Source: Octopus bimaculoides (lineage: Eukaryota). From it: DNA of 64,000 nt. Each line of letters begins with the position of its first letter. The stretch's first letter is position 1. The position numbers and the translations under genes were made by a program. The notes beneath the pieces were generated by a model. The model was given only the letters and a program-made list of their open reading frames with translations. It searched no databases and had not been told where the DNA came from. Positions 1 through 13,332 of the stretch are shown one piece after another. The stretch covers positions 38,313,304 through 38,377,303 of the forward strand of contig NC_068992.1 of the NCBI RefSeq assembly GCF_001194135.2. Direction: 5' to 3'.

Positions 1-375
1 GGTTCAGTCCCACTGTGTGGAACCTTGGGCAAGTGTCTTCTATTATAGCCTCAGGCTAACCGAAGCCTCGTGAGTGGATTTGGTAGATGGAAACTGAAAG
101 AAGCCTGTTCATCATCATCATTTAACATCTGCTTTCCATGCTGGTGTGTGTGTGTATCTTTTTGTCGGTGTTTGCCCCCCCCCCTCTCGCATCACTGCTT
201 GACAGCCGGTGTTGTGTTTACATCCCCATAAATTAGCAGTTCAGCAAAAGAGACCAACAGAATAAGTCCTAGACTTAAGAAACAAGTCCTGAGGTTGATT
301 TGTGTAGCTAAAACCTTTTTAAGGCGGTGCCCTAGCATGGTCGCAGTCAAATGACTGAAACAAGTAAAAGAATAA
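1..375 (+). mobile_element. tRNA-derived SINE with CORE-like box CCTTGGGCAAG (family 1). Other copies approx. 10820-11155, 14505-14865, 31700-32070, 35595-35910, 43260-43890, 48760-49000, 52020-52350, 59380-59530, 61370-61545
   Basis: The recurrent motif ggttcagtcccactg..ggcaccttgggcaagtgtcttct..tatagcc...atgactgaaacaagtaaaaga occurs in both orientations across the window. Confidence 0.8.
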
Positions 376-389
376 AAGAGAAGAATATA

Positions 390-577
390 TTAGGTTGGTG
401 CATAATTATTGCAGCTTTTTTTCAATAAATTTTATTCAACAAAAACTTTAAACAAAACACCAAGTAGTAATTGAGGTAGATGGTGAATATGCTCCAGAAT
501 AATCATTTAAAGTTGTTTTTGTTAAATGTTGTTATTTTTTTGTTGAAAAAAGCCGCAATAATTATGCACTAACCTAA
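390..577. mobile_element. Mariner-type MITE (Hsmar1/Made1-like TIR)
   Basis: TIRs TTAGGTTGGTGCATAATTATTGC and GCAATAATTATGCACTAACCTAA, flanked by TA at 388-389 and 578-579. Confidence 0.85.
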
Positions 578-754
578 TACAATGTTTTTGCCGGCTTTGG
601 CCATGTTGGGGCACTACCAAATGTGTGGTTGAAATTTATAGGTTGTTATATTTTGAAATAAGTATACATATATTTTAGCTTCTTCAAATCTAGTCAAATT
701 TTGTAAAGAGAAACATTGTTTCCAAATTTTAATTGAATTTTTTCTTTTTCTAAG

Positions 755-1161
755 TTTTGGAACTTGATGAAAATGACTACCCACAGTACTGTGGTGACCA
801 GGAATACATTCGAAAGGCATTGAAAGAAAATTTTTTGAATCAAACGCAGAAATATTGGATTGATAAATTTGAAAATATTGATGCATGCTGTACTCCTGTG
901 TGGAGTCTGCAAGAAGCTGCAGTTGACTTACATAATAAGGCAAACAAATCATTTATGATTGATTCTGATGGCAATTCCATACCTTCACCATCTCCTCTCT
1001 TGTCCAAGTCACCAGCATTTACGTCTGCTAGAGAGGACCCTATCATTGGTGAACACACACACAAGATTTTAAAAGAAATCAATTTTACAGAAGAAAATAT
1101 CAAGGAATTGATTTCAACTACAGTTGTGATACAAAACTCACCTCTGAATTCTAAACTTTAA
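755..1161 (+). CDS. AMACR: Alpha-methylacyl-CoA racemase, terminal coding exon (phase 1 acceptor; ends NSKL*)
   Basis: The translation FENIDACCTPV...HNKANKSF...PSPSPLLSKSPA...DPIIGEHTHKILKEINF matches the remembered AMACR C-terminus (FDGTDACVTPV...HNKERGSF...PRPAPLL...DPFIGEHTEEIL). Acceptor ctttttctaag at 744-754, TAA at 1159-1161, PTS1 tripeptide SKL. Confidence 0.93.
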
Positions 1162-1885
1162 TTTCTCTTTTTAATAGGTGAAGAATTCTGCAGTCACCAT
1201 TAAAGCATCAGAAAGAGAAAAGTCACATAGTATTTGTTCCAGTTTTTATATTCCAAGTTCAAATCCCAGTGACCTTAGCTTTGCCTTTAATCTCTCTGGG
1301 ATTGATCTAAAACAATGATAATCTAGAGAAGTAGTTCTCAATGTTTTTGACATTGTGCCTCATTGGTGATCAAAGAACTGCTGCTGCATTTCGTATGTAA
1401 AGTATTTTTTTTTTAAAAACCTATTGCTAACCTTATTTTTATGAATCATACATATATTTAACAAAAATTATGATTTAACACATTTTCTTGAGACACTGAA
1501 GTAGTAATTTGGATTTTGTGACAAATTCAATTTTACTTTTAAACTCTGTGGTGCATTTAGCTCTCTGTGAGGCACCAGTGCACTACCGTTCTAGAGTATA
1601 TTCTGGTTTCTATTAATGTCTAAACAAATCAGGCTATGATTCTCTATTGTTGAAATTCTTCCCAATTCATTTCTTCAGCCCAGTTTTTTTTTTGTTTTTA
1701 CCATTGTTTGTGAAGTTTGTCTCTATCCCAACCTTGAAAACTCTTTCAAATGAAAAAAATATTTTGTTATAATTTTATCAAGAATATACTTAAATATATT
1801 TTCACAGTTTATGGTGTTTAGTGTCTTATTGTTTTTGATAATCAACATGTGCTTGATGTACAAACATGTATTATTAATAATAATA

Positions 1886-2150
1886 GTGGAGGCGCAATGG
1901 CCCAGTGGTTAGGGTAGCGGACTTGCAGTCATAGGATCGCAGTTTCGATTCTCAGACCGGGCGTTGTGAGAGTTTATTGAGCAGAAACACCTAAAGCTCC
2001 ACGAGGTTCCAGCAAGGGGAGGGAGGACCCTACTGTACTCCTTCACCACAACTTTCGCTTGCCCTTTCTTCCTGTTTCCGTTGTACCTGTATTTCAAAGG
2101 GCCAGCCTTGTCACACTGAATCTCGTCGTAACCGACGGATTGCCACAATT
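1886..2150 (+). mobile_element. tRNA-derived SINE (family 2), internally deleted copy
   Basis: A-box TGGCCCAGTGG, B-box-like GTTTCGATTC, and an (AAT)n tail. Homologous to 2612-2975, with a 3' part shared by 30630-30930. Confidence 0.8.
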
Positions 2151-2611
2151 AATAATAATCAATCTTTCTCTTGTCTTGCCCTTCCTACTGCTAACCACTT
2201 TACAGAATGTGCTGGGTGCATGTCCTCAAGGCATCGATGCTAGACATTGACAAACAAGCAGAAAAAGCAGAGGACTGTGATGTCCCTTTTGTCTGGCCAT
2301 GCTGAGGATTTAGCAACCTCTCATGTTGGTACCATGAGAAAATGTACTGAACAGACTGTCAGAAGGTGATGTGAAGAACATCTTGTCAGTAGAAACCGAG
2401 TCAAATGACACGAGTCCTAGTCTATTAAAGCAGTTGCTTCTAATAAGAAAACTCAAATTGTGATGACACCTGCCAATCCATGCCAGCTTGGAAACTGGAT
2501 GTATGGCAATATTGATGATAATAAAAGTGTTAAACAAGCTGATAACCTCATTTTGCATGTAGAGGATAGAATTGTTCTAATGGACAATTTGTGAACTCAT
2601 TTTACATGATA

Positions 2612-2975
2612 TTGTTGTTGGCACTCTGTCGCTTACGACGTCGAGGGTTCCAGTTGATCCGATCAACGGAACAGCCTGTTCGTGAAATTAACGTGCAAGT
2701 GGCTGAACACTCCACAGATATGTGTACCCTTAACGTAGTTCTCGGGGATATTCAGCGTGACAAGGCTGGCCCTTTGAAATACAGGCACAACAGAAACAGG
2801 GAGAAAGATGTGGTGAAAGAGTACAGCAGGGTTCGCCACCATCCCCTGCCAGAGCCTCATGGAGCTTTAGGTGTTTTCGCTCAATAAACACTCACAACGC
2901 CCGGTCTGGAAATGGAAACCGCGATCTTATGACCGCAAGTCCGCTGCCCTAACCACTGGGCCATTGCGCCTCCAC
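2612..2975 (-). mobile_element. tRNA-derived SINE (family 2), inverted relative to 1886-2150
   Basis: Its reverse complement begins gtggaggcgcaatggcccagtggttagggcagcggacttgcgg. Confidence 0.8.
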
Positions 2976-4013
2976 CTNNNNNNNNNNNNNNNNNNNNNNN
3001 NNNNNNNNNNNNNNNNNNNNNNNNNNNNNNNNNNNNNNNNNNNNNNNNNNNNNNNNNNNNNNNNNNNNNNNNNNNNNNNNNNNNNNNNNNNNNNNNNNNN
3101 NNNNNNNNNNNNNNNNNNNNNNNNNNNNNNNNNNNNNNNNATATATATATATATATATATATATAGCTCTTTTACTGTTACTTGTTTATAAATTTTTTTT
3201 AAATTCAAAATATTTTTATATAAGATTTAAATTTAGGATCGTATAAAAACTAATGCTAATTGCAAAAGTATAACTTTGAGCTAGATTTAATCTTTACATA
3301 AATATAGCTTTTCAGAAATTCCTATCAGAAACTTTGGTTTCATAATTTTTTAAAAATTTTAAATCAAATAATTTTGAATAGAAACAGGATTTCTTTGTAT
3401 TTTTTCATGGTTTTGAAACCATTTTTTCTATTTTTATTGTTACAAATATTTCCATAGATTGGATAATGGTAAATTGCAGACTGTGGTGTTTGGCATATCG
3501 TTTTACAGCTGGATGGCCATTTTAAAACACCAGCTTCTCCATTTTGAAGAGAGTATGTTATGAGAGAAGATACAACTGAGGGAGGGGGAGTGGAACTTCA
3601 TTGACAATCCTTCCTCCTTCCTTAATTCCATTAACCAATCCATTTCATTTATTAAACTTCACTTTGGAATTAAAACAAAAATAAGGGAATATTATGAAAG
3701 ACTTATTTGTTAAAAGGGCGAGTGAGGAGAGGGGGCAGATATTTGGACAATTTGGGGGGAATACAGGAGGAAAAGGCAGATGAAATATAGAATTGATACA
3801 ATTCTTTGAAGCTCAATGAGTCAGTTGTTTCTGTTTCCATGATGGAGATCTCCAGAGAAACTGAAGGGAATTGATATCCCCACCACCAGTTTCTGTTGTA
3901 TAAAACACATTAATAACTTTCCATGCCTATCACTCCATTATGGATGCTGACAATATTTAAGTGAAACAATTTCAGATCAAAAAATAGAGTCCAGTTTTTT
4001 TGGGGATTTTTTT

Positions 4014-4147
4014 TCAGCTTGTTTGCCAGTGATGAGGCCAAGCTATATTGGCAGCAATTCTCTTGTAAGCAAAAATACATTCCTGTTTTACATCAGCATT
4101 CTCCATCTTTATATTCTGTGGACAAGTGGTCTCAGCCAAGAATTTCT
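4014..4147 (-). CDS. RIN2: RIN terminal coding exon (EKFLAETTCPQNIK...ECIFAYKRIAANIAWPHHWQTS*)
   Basis: Acceptor tgtattttag, phase 1, TGA at 4016-4014. L....CPQ.IK...F.YKR RA end. Confidence 0.9.
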
Positions 4148-5119
4148 CTAAAATACAAAATGAAAAAACTATTATTGATGCATCAACTGTTTAGCATTCA
4201 GAGTATTCCATCAAATGCAATGCTTATTTAGTCACACTGCTTTGAATTAATCATGCATTATATCTTGTAGCTTTGAGAGTTCAATAATGTGATTATTTCT
4301 TTTGAGAACGACATTGTAGGGTAGGTGTGTGAGGCTGGATCTGGCTGGTTTGGCTATAAAACAAGCAGAATATTAATTAGGGCCTGATACGACCAGTTTG
4401 GATGCTTTAAAGGGTTAAATTTATTTTTTGATTGATAGTTCACTCTGTAAAGCGGTTGGGTATCCAGTCATAAAAAACATGTTAAATTAGAGAGTGGAGC
4501 TTGGTGCAGTCCTTTGGCTGACCAGTTCCTGACAACCCATGCCAGGGATGGAAGATGGACATTAAATTACTATTGCATGAACTGGATAATTTCAACCATC
4601 TAACACAGACCTCAAACATTCTTATTGCTCCTCTGCAGCAAGGCATCTGTTCCGTCCCTCTATCACACTGGCACAAAGCCACCTTCAATACTGTATCCTC
4701 ACTCTGTTGCAAGTTATTTGGCAACTTCACTAAGTGTTGTTGCCACGAAAAAGCACCCAGTACTTGCTGAAGGCCATCCAGTAATAGAAAGCCTACCATA
4801 TCAGACACTGGAGCTCAATGCAGTCTTAGGGCTTGTTATGATCTGCTTCACCATCCAACCCATGCCAGACACATGTTCAATGATAAAATGTTTACAGTTT
4901 AATTTTTTTACAAAAAAAAAAAAAAAAGGNNNNNNNNNNAAATCAAAAGAGACCAGAAACTTCCAGATTTGATATTCCTATTTACTAAATTATATAAAAA
5001 ATATAATTAAACAGGTCGGTAGATCTACAGAAGCAGAGACATAAATGGAATAGAAACTGGACAGCTACTGAAATCAGCTGAAAATAACTTAGGTGATAAA
5101 TTTTATGTTATGTTCTTAC

Positions 5120-5194
5120 CTTGTCCATTTACTAAAATAAATAAACCATAGTCTTGTGGATTGGTGATTCGGAATCTGTGAGCAATCATGGCAC
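5120..5194 (-). CDS. RIN2: RIN exon, RA domain (CAMIAHRFRITNPQDYGLFILVNGQ)
   Basis: Acceptor tatttttag, donor GTAAGA, 75 nt, phase 1/1. P.DYGLF.LV.G RA motif. Confidence 0.92.
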
Positions 5195-6512
5195 CTAAAA
5201 ATAGATAAAAGTGCCTGTATTAAGGTAACAAAATCAATGAAACAGAATTTAGGACTAATAGTCTGTTTAGCAATCTAAGAATAGTTTCACAGAACTGTAA
5301 GGCTGCAAAAGACATTACAGGTTTTTATGCTAAAGACATTACAAGTTTTTCAACTTTTAGAAATCCAAGATGGTCATGGACTTGGATATCTGATGTCTGA
5401 GACCATAAAGTCCTGTATTCCTTGTTTGTTATTACTAAACAAAGCTGGTTAAAGCTTAAAGCAGTTTCTGAAAGTAGATTGGAAGCAAAGTTGTTCAAAT
5501 ATTAAAAAAAAAAAAAGAGGATAAAATATTACTGATGTTTTTTTATAAAAGGTACAAAACCTTTCAGTAATAACACAATGTGTCTTGTAGACATAAGGAA
5601 GAGAAAACAATAAATTATTCACAATAGATTCCTTTGTGACACTGTTTCAATCCCAAGTGTAGATGACATTATGTGTGATAAAAAGTAGTGGAGGTTAACA
5701 AAGAGAGTCAGTCTATAAGACTTAATGTGAATATTGGATTCCAGATTGAGTGTTGTTAATTTAGAGAATAAAATAAGCTTTTACACTGAAATTAGCTACA
5801 GAGCCATGACGTGGATTTAATATGCTTAACACACTTTTACTACTTAAATACATTGATTTAGAATTATTCATTTAATCTTTTTAATAATGGTGAAAAATCT
5901 AGTTGGTTTAAAAGACTCCAAATGGAAAGCTGATTTATCTGTCTGTGAAGCTGTGCCATAAATGAAGTAACTTTTTGCAATGCGAATATATAATAATTAC
6001 TTAATAAAAGACAAAAAAGTTGTTAATAATAATGACAATCAACCTTTCTACTGGAAGCACAAGGCCTCAAACTTGGGGGAAGGGATTAAGTCAATTACAT
6101 CGACTTCAGTGCATAATTTAATTGATCCTGAAAGGCAGAGTCAGCCTCAGCAGAATTTGAACTCAGAACGTAGCGTTTCGCCTGGTGTGTTAACGATTCT
6201 GCCAGCTCAATGCCTTAATAATAATACTCCTTTCTACTACAGGCACAAGGCCTGAAATTTTGGCAGAGGGATCTAGTCAATTACATTGAACCCAGTGTTT
6301 CACTGGTACTTAATTTATCGATCCCGAAAGGATGAAAGGCAAAGTCGACCTCAATGAAATTTGAACTCAGAATGTAGCGACAAACAGAATGCTATAAGAT
6401 CACCAAGTCACGCACAGGTAGGCATGATGGATATACTGAGCTTTGTATATTTCACCTTAGTGTCACTTTGATGGCATGCACTGCTCTCTCGCTGAATAAT
6501 GATGATACTTAC

Positions 6513-6636
6513 AAACATCTTTTGTGGTCATATTTGGTCTAATAGGCAGTGTCTTCCAAATAATGCTGTCTCGAAATTCATCAGGAAATGCTACCTTAAG
6601 GAAGCCTTGCATATCACTAATACTTGGTAACCGGCC
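6513..6636 (-). CDS. RIN2: RIN exon, RA domain (GRLPSISDMQGFLKVAFPDEFRDSIIWKTLPIRPNMTTKDV)
   Basis: Acceptor ccatttcag, donor GTAAGT, 124 nt, phase 0/1. KTL.VRP..TT.DVC-type RA motif. Confidence 0.92.
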
Positions 6637-7050
6637 CTGAAATGGAAGGCATCAACATTAAGATCATTATTTTAAAAATTATCTCAATAGATTTTCTGTA
6701 TAATTTAGAACTGTATTTTGTTGTGTAAACAAAATATACCATGAAATATGTTATCTGTAGAGATAACATAAATGTGATTGAATTGCACTGCTAACACAGG
6801 CAGGATACTTGTAAACCTTTGATATATTTGATAGTATATTATGACTGCAAAATGAAATATAGTGTCCCTACAAGTAATTAAGAAGTTAATTATGGTAAGT
6901 CACTATAATGTATTCAGTTGTTAATCTTATGTCACCAATGTCACTAAAGGATTGCAGTGGATCTCTTAAATTTTCATACATTGCTTCCAGTGTAACAAAA
7001 TCTGTCATGGAACCAATCCAACACTACCTCACATCCTTGTTACCCCATCG

Positions 7051-7151
<101 letters not shown>

Positions 7152-8630
7152 GTTAAGAGACCTCTTGTAACCCATTCACTATTTACACCCCTGATTGGCC
7201 ATCATTCTCTCTCACAGATTATCCTAACTCTTGCTATTAAATTCCCCACTCACCCAATATCTTCCTACTGCTGGTCTTATGATAAATGTGAAGACTGTTT
7301 CAGTGCAGCTGAGGACACAGCCACCCCTCATGTGCAGGTGCCATGAAAAACTGCACCCAGTACACTGCATAAAGTAGTTGGTGTTAGGAAAGAAAGACAC
7401 CCAACATTAAAAGCCAAACCAAAAATTAAACTCATGAATGAGAGGTGGAACTTGCTTCAGGGAGCAGAAACAACTCAGCCAAGACAATGTGGGAGATCTT
7501 GTGAAGATTAGGGAAGGATTTATGTGTTTGTGGAGATTAAGGAAACGAACAAGTTGAACTAAAGCAAGAGATGCTGTATTGAAATATAACATCAAAGAGG
7601 TGGATGATAATGTAAACAGGTGGGATTAAAGGCAGAGAGGGGGGGGGATATTGATTGATAATTATGGAAGGAGGGGGATATTTAAGTCCAGTACTTATTC
7701 TATCAGTCTCTTCTGTTGAAATGTTAAGTTACAGGGACATAAATCAACACAAATTGTTAGTGGGATGATAATAAATATATATATATATATATATCATCAT
7801 CGTTTGACGTCTGCTTTCCATGCTAGCATGAGTTGGACAATTTGACTGAGGACTGGCGAACCAGATGGCTGCACCAGGCTGCATATATTGATATATATAC
7901 ACACACACACACACACACATATGTATTATATATATATAATATTAGGAGTGGTTGTAATTTACTTAATGAATTTATTTATTGATACAGTTGTACAGTAAAT
8001 GCGTTTGAGAGCTGTGGTTTCTTTGGTTTGTTCCTAAACAACACTTATCTTAGTGCTGTTGACACTGCCAGAGTGAATGGTACTGCCCAGATGTCGAAAC
8101 CAAAATGATGTCCGTGAGGCAGCTGATGATGGAGGTTGGTATGGCTGTGGAATAGTATTATAACACATCCTTTTGATATGTGTGTGTGTGTGTGTGTGTA
8201 TGTATGTAGGTAGTGTTACATAAAAAGTACCCATGTTGGAGTCACATAAACGCTCCCATGCTAGCACCCGTTACATTTTGTAAAGTGGTTGGTGATAGGA
8301 AGGGCATCCAGCCGTAGAAACCATGTCAAAACAGAAAATTGGAATCTGATGCAGCTCTCTTACTTGCCAGTTCCTGTCAAACCATCCAACCTATGCCAGC
8401 ATGGAAATCTGACACTAACTGATGATGATGGTTTACATATACTTATATACACACTTATGCATACATGTATATACATACACACATGATAAGCTTCTACAGT
8501 TTCCATTTACCAAATTCACTCCAAGCTTTAGCAGATGACACAGCTATTCCTACAAGTATACTAATAACATTAACAATTTTCATGGCATAATAAAAACAGC
8601 AAAACCATTAAAAAAGCAGAAATAACTTAC

Positions 8631-8833
8631 CTGATGTCCATTAGAAGAATTTGTTTGGTGTGTTTCTTTGAAGATCTTAAGTAAGAGAACAGCACTGCTT
8701 AGTGTTGAGAGATAATAGCTAGCTTCAGCTGTGACCTGAGAACTATGAAGTAGGCCCCACATATAATCGGCTTCTATTTCAGCTGTGACGAGACCCACAT
8801 CAACTATCACATAGGTCAACATTGGCAGAAAGT
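8631..8833 (-). CDS. RIN2: RIN exon, VPS9 catalytic half (DFLPMLTYVIV...IEADYMWGLL...EASYYLSTLSSAVLLLK...)
   Basis: DFLP.L.YV and E..YYL.T VPS9 motifs. Acceptor ccctttcag, donor GTAAGT, 203 nt, phase 1/0. Confidence 0.95.
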
Positions 8834-9919
8834 CTGAAAGGGTGAAAAAAAAATAAAAGATATTTCTTTATAAGATCCTCTTGAGATATAAACTAATGAA
8901 ACCAGACGACTTATGATATTGATTTTCTTTTTTTTACATATGCATTAAATGTTTGCATATTTTACCTTATGTATGTATATAGAACCTCATGTATATTTTA
9001 CCTTATGTATGTATATAGAACTTCACAGTACGAGTGTACCATTGTACAAGTAATTTGATACATGAGCTGACACTTGTGCGAAATTTTGTCTTGAAGTACG
9101 AGCGGAAATCCGCAGTACGAGCACACAAATCATACCATAATTCAGTTAATAAATCCAGTTTACATATTTATTTTGCATTCTCTTTTTTTATAATAGTCAT
9201 TGTATTTGTAACTACACCGTTTCTGTTTTAAAACCCATAAAAAATTATTTTTGAGTGGTTTTTGGGGGCTGGAACAGATTAGTTATATTTTGGTTAATTT
9301 CAAGGGGGAAAAACTGATTTGTAAAAGGTGTAAATCATAAGACGAGCTTAGTCATGGAATGAATTAACCTCATACTGTGAGGTATCACTATATATAAAAT
9401 ACTGGACAGGGACGTTAGATCTGACCAAGTTGACCTAAGAAACTTCACCCATTTTTAAATTTGTGCCAGTGGCACATGAAATGTACCATTCAAGTGTGGT
9501 CGATGCCAGTACCACCTGACTGGCTCTTGTGCTGGTGGCACGTAAAAAGCACCCACTACACTCTTGGAGTGGTTGGTGTTAGGAAGGGCATCCAACTGTA
9601 GAAACATTGCCAGATCAGATTAGAGCCTGGTGCAGCTTTCTGGATAGCCAGCACTCAGTCAAACTGTCCAACCCATGCCAGCATGGAAAGCAAACATTAA
9701 ACGACGATTATGATGATGATCTGGTTAAAATTTTACCGGGTGATGGTGGATTATGTGTTAAGGTAATCTTCTTTGAATGTATTAATATAGTTCTACTGCA
9801 ACAACTGTCATAAATTTTAAACTCCTTTTGTATTTACTTTTAATACCTATGCTATACCAAGGAACAACCCCTGAGTCAGATCTATGGTTTAAATTGGATT
9901 TGGCACCTACAACGTTAAA

Positions 9920-10340
9920 ACCCCATCCGGGCGTGATCGTTGCCAGGGCCGCTGACTGGCTCCCATGCCAGTGGTATGTAAAAAGCACCATTTGAGCGTG
10001 GTAATTGCCAGCATCGCTTTACTGGCACATGTGCCGGTGGCACGTGAAAAACAACATTTGAGCGTGGTCATTGGCAGTGCCGCCAGACTGGCCTGTGTAG
10101 GTGGCACGCAAAAAACACCTTTTGAGCATGGTCGTTGCTAGTACCACCTGACCGGCTATGTTGCCGGTGGCACGTAAAACACCCAATACACTCTTGGAGT
10201 GGTTGGCATTAGGAAGGGCATCCAGCTGTAGAAACTTTGCCAGATTGGACTGGAGCCTGGTGCAGCCTTCTGGCTCGCCAGTCCTCAGTCAAACCGTCCA
10301 ACCCATGCCAGCATGGAAAGCAGACGTTAAACGACGATGA
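9920..10340 (+). mobile_element. RTE-tailed repeat (family 3) with internal ~65-bp tandem units. Other copies approx. 9470-9720, 17820-18250, 20520-20715, 21870-22130, 23289-23705, 35935-36300, 43338-43610, 53070-53515, 54130-54500, 55610-55880, 60950-61320
   Basis: Shared 3' end gagtggttggcattaggaagggcatccagctgtagaaac...ccaacccatgccagcatggaaagcggacgttaaacgatgatgat, and units gtggcacgtaaaaagcaccatttgagcgtgg... at 9971, 10037, 10101 and 10167. Confidence 0.8.
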
Positions 10341-12577
10341 TATATCTTCAGTATCCCAACAACACTTGATGTATTCAGTGTTGTTTACCTGATTGTGAGC
10401 CCTATGTTACCGTGTTGATGTGCCTTGATTCTACTCTATCCTTATAACCAAATCATATATATAAACGAGCACTCCAAGAGCGCAAACCTCTGCCAAGACA
10501 AACTAACGTCCTCTCAATGATCAGCCAGAGATGATTTTTAAAATAAGAATATCTGAAATAAACTTGACTACTCTCACAAATGTGGATACTAAAAACGAAC
10601 TCCACCACTCTCAAAAATTAAGTAAAAAAAAACACGAAAAAATATTCCAGAATCCATGTCTGGTACCGGATCGATCCCCAAATCTAATCAGTTCGTGCCA
10701 GTCACAAGGCCAAACATCCCTGAAAGTTTCATCTGAATCCATGCAGCGGTTCTTGAGATATCCTGTTCATGGACAAAGAAACACAACTCTTTTACTTGTT
10801 ACAGCACCACCTTTAGTTGAGCAAATCGACCTCAGGACTTATTGTTTGTAAGCCTAGTACTTATTCTATCGGTCACTTTTGCTGAACCACTAAGTTACGG
10901 GGATGTAAACACACCAGCATCAGTTGTCAAGTGATGTTGGGGGGGGACCAACACAGACACAAACATATATATATAGATATACATATATATGACGGGCTTC
11001 TTTCAGTTTCCGTTTACCAAATCCACTCTCAAGGCTTTGGTCAGCCTGAGGCTATAGTAGAAGACACTTGCCCAAGGTGCCATGTAGTGGGACTGAACCC
11101 GGAACCATGTGGTTGGTAAGCAAGCTACTTACCACACAGCCACTCCTGTGCCTATAAAGATGAAAATCAAAGTTGACCCTGGCAAAATTTGAACTCAGAA
11201 TGTAAAGTGAATAAGAAATGTCAGTAAGCATTTCTTTTGTCTGACGAAGTAATGATGCTGCCATCTTGCTGCCTGAAAATAATACCTCTGCCTTCGCTAA
11301 GACGGAGGTAATTATACTTTAAACATGTGTGTGAGTGAAGATATATGCAGTTCCCGTCAAGTCTTCCAATACAACATCTAACACCCATCCTTGCATCATC
11401 ATCTATGGTTCTACTTACTCTGGTGTTGTAAGTGATATCATTTATCCCTCCTACACTTCACCTTGTCTCCCTATTACCGTTTCTTACCACCTCCTCCTTG
11501 ACCCACTCCTATCTCCTTCACTTCTCCCTCAATTTTCCCGCTTTAACACCGCCATCTAGTACCATGGGTCTCTTTAACAAAATCTGCTCTGTGGAAAGGG
11601 TTTGGATCAGGTCTCCGAGCAAAAGGTATCTACCTACCTCCTGCCTCCTACTCATCTTGTGGACCCTGTAAAGAGTTGTGCGATTTGCCTTTCCCCACTG
11701 GCTGAGCAACAGAAATACAAGAATACCCTACAACAGTGGTCTCCAACCATTTTTTCACCAATGGACCCCTTTGATTTCTATTTTACTTCACTGGACCCTC
11801 ATGGTCATCTGAGGTTTAAAAAAATCCTGTTACATGGTTTGATCAATAAATATAAGGACTGTTGCCATAGTAACGCAGCTAAAGCATGCAGAGTGAAGCC
11901 GCTTGGCACAGATTGACCTTGAACTCTGTAGTGCATGTACACTAAGTTTTAGTATCTTAGCTCACTTCTGCTGTTTACAGAAGTACTTGGAAGGAAGGTG
12001 TGTAGCATGTGATTATAGCATTGACCATGACAAAGAATGACTCTCCCCAGACACAAACAGAATAATGATGATGATGATGATGATTTCAAGTTTTGGCACT
12101 AGGCGAGCAAGTTCAGAAGAGGGGTTAAGTTGATTACATCGACCCCAGTGTTCCACTGGTACTTATTTTAGCAAGTTTGAAAGGATGAAAGGCAAAGTTA
12201 CCATGGCAGAATTTGACCTCTGGACGTGAAGACGGACGAAATACTACCAAGCATTTCGTCTGGCATGCTAACAATTCAGCCAGCTCGCTGCCTTAATAAT
12301 AATAATAATCCTACATTAAATTTTGCCAAAAGTTTGGTGATATGTTCAGAGGTCTACGCAAAATTTTCAAAAAGTTTTCATTGTCCTTGACACAATCAAG
12401 TTGGGCAACTAAAACCNNNNNNNNNNATGCTAACAATTCAGCCAGCTCGCTGCCTTAATAATAATAATAATCCTACATTAAATTTTGCCAAAAGTTTGGT
12501 GATATGTTCAGAGGTCTACGCAAAATTTTCAAAAAGTTTTCATTGTCCTTGACACAATCAAGTTGGGCAACTAAAAC

Positions 12578-13129
12578 CCGGGTGTCTTTTTGGTCAGCTG
12601 AAATTAGTTTTGGCACAAACCTGGCAGACGCACATCTCATACCCAAATCTTCAGTGATAATGGACTGAACTGAACCATAACTAATCTGTACATCCTCTGA
12701 TTACTCATGGATGGTGATTCGACAATTTCCTTTCACAGCTGCTCGCACATCTGCGATGTTTTTCTCAGTTCTGCTGGTTGCAGATCTCCCAGAACATTCA
12801 TCACTATCAACATTTTTTCAGCCATCTTGGACACATCTGAACCACTTGTGTGCGGCTCATACACATCTCTCCATACACTTCCTGCAACTTTGCGTAGGCC
12901 TCTGAGCAAGTGTTGCCATGACAACTTTCTTTGTCATGGTCAATGCGATGATTACACGCTACAGACCCTCCTTCCAAGCACTGCTAAGCTGCATAAGTGA
13001 GCTAGAATGTTAAAACTTAATGCGCATGCACAGCAGGGTCTAAGGTCAATCAGTGCCAAGCAGCTTCACTCTGTGTGCTTTAGCTTCATTACTATGGCAA
13101 CAGTCTGGATACTTATTGATCAGACCTCA
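12578..13129 (-). mobile_element. Mariner transposon 5' half, degenerate (TIR plus HTH region of transposase)
   Basis: The TIR tgaggtctgatcaataag follows TA. The frameshifted translation EAYAKLQEVYGEMCMSRTQV...GRSATSRTEKN...ISYGSVQSIITEDLGMRCASARFVPKL matches the mariner N-terminus. Confidence 0.85.
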
Positions 13130-13332
13130 TAGTTTTATAATTAAATATTATTAAGAATTGTATAAAACACTGTTGGAAATATTTTGTGTATTGTAGAACT
13201 AATTTATTGCACAGGAATTTTGACAACAAAATCTTACATGGACTTGCAAGGGTCATATGGACCTGGCTGAGAATCCCTGCTCTACAATAATATTTTAATC
13301 TAATCAAAATATCTTCAAAATAAAATACATAC

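Noticed and set aside
2200-2560. Coding-looking spacer between the inverted SINEs
   Set aside because: It has multiple stops in all frames and no motif I recognise; at most an unidentified decayed element.
8034-8146. Possible extra RIN exon (PYQPPSSAASRTSF...) after a cag acceptor
   Set aside because: There is no good GT donor (ATAAGT), and exons 8631 and 6636 already join in phase with continuous homology.
9971-10190. Regular ~65-bp repeats resembling a CRISPR array (also 23289-23560, 54140-54350)
   Set aside because: There are no unique spacers or cas genes, the context is eukaryotic, and the units are degenerate parts of a retroposon 3' region.
12265-12578. Exact 152-bp tandem duplication
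   Set aside because: The copies sit on either side of a 10-N gap (12417-12426), the typical signature of unmerged contig overlap.
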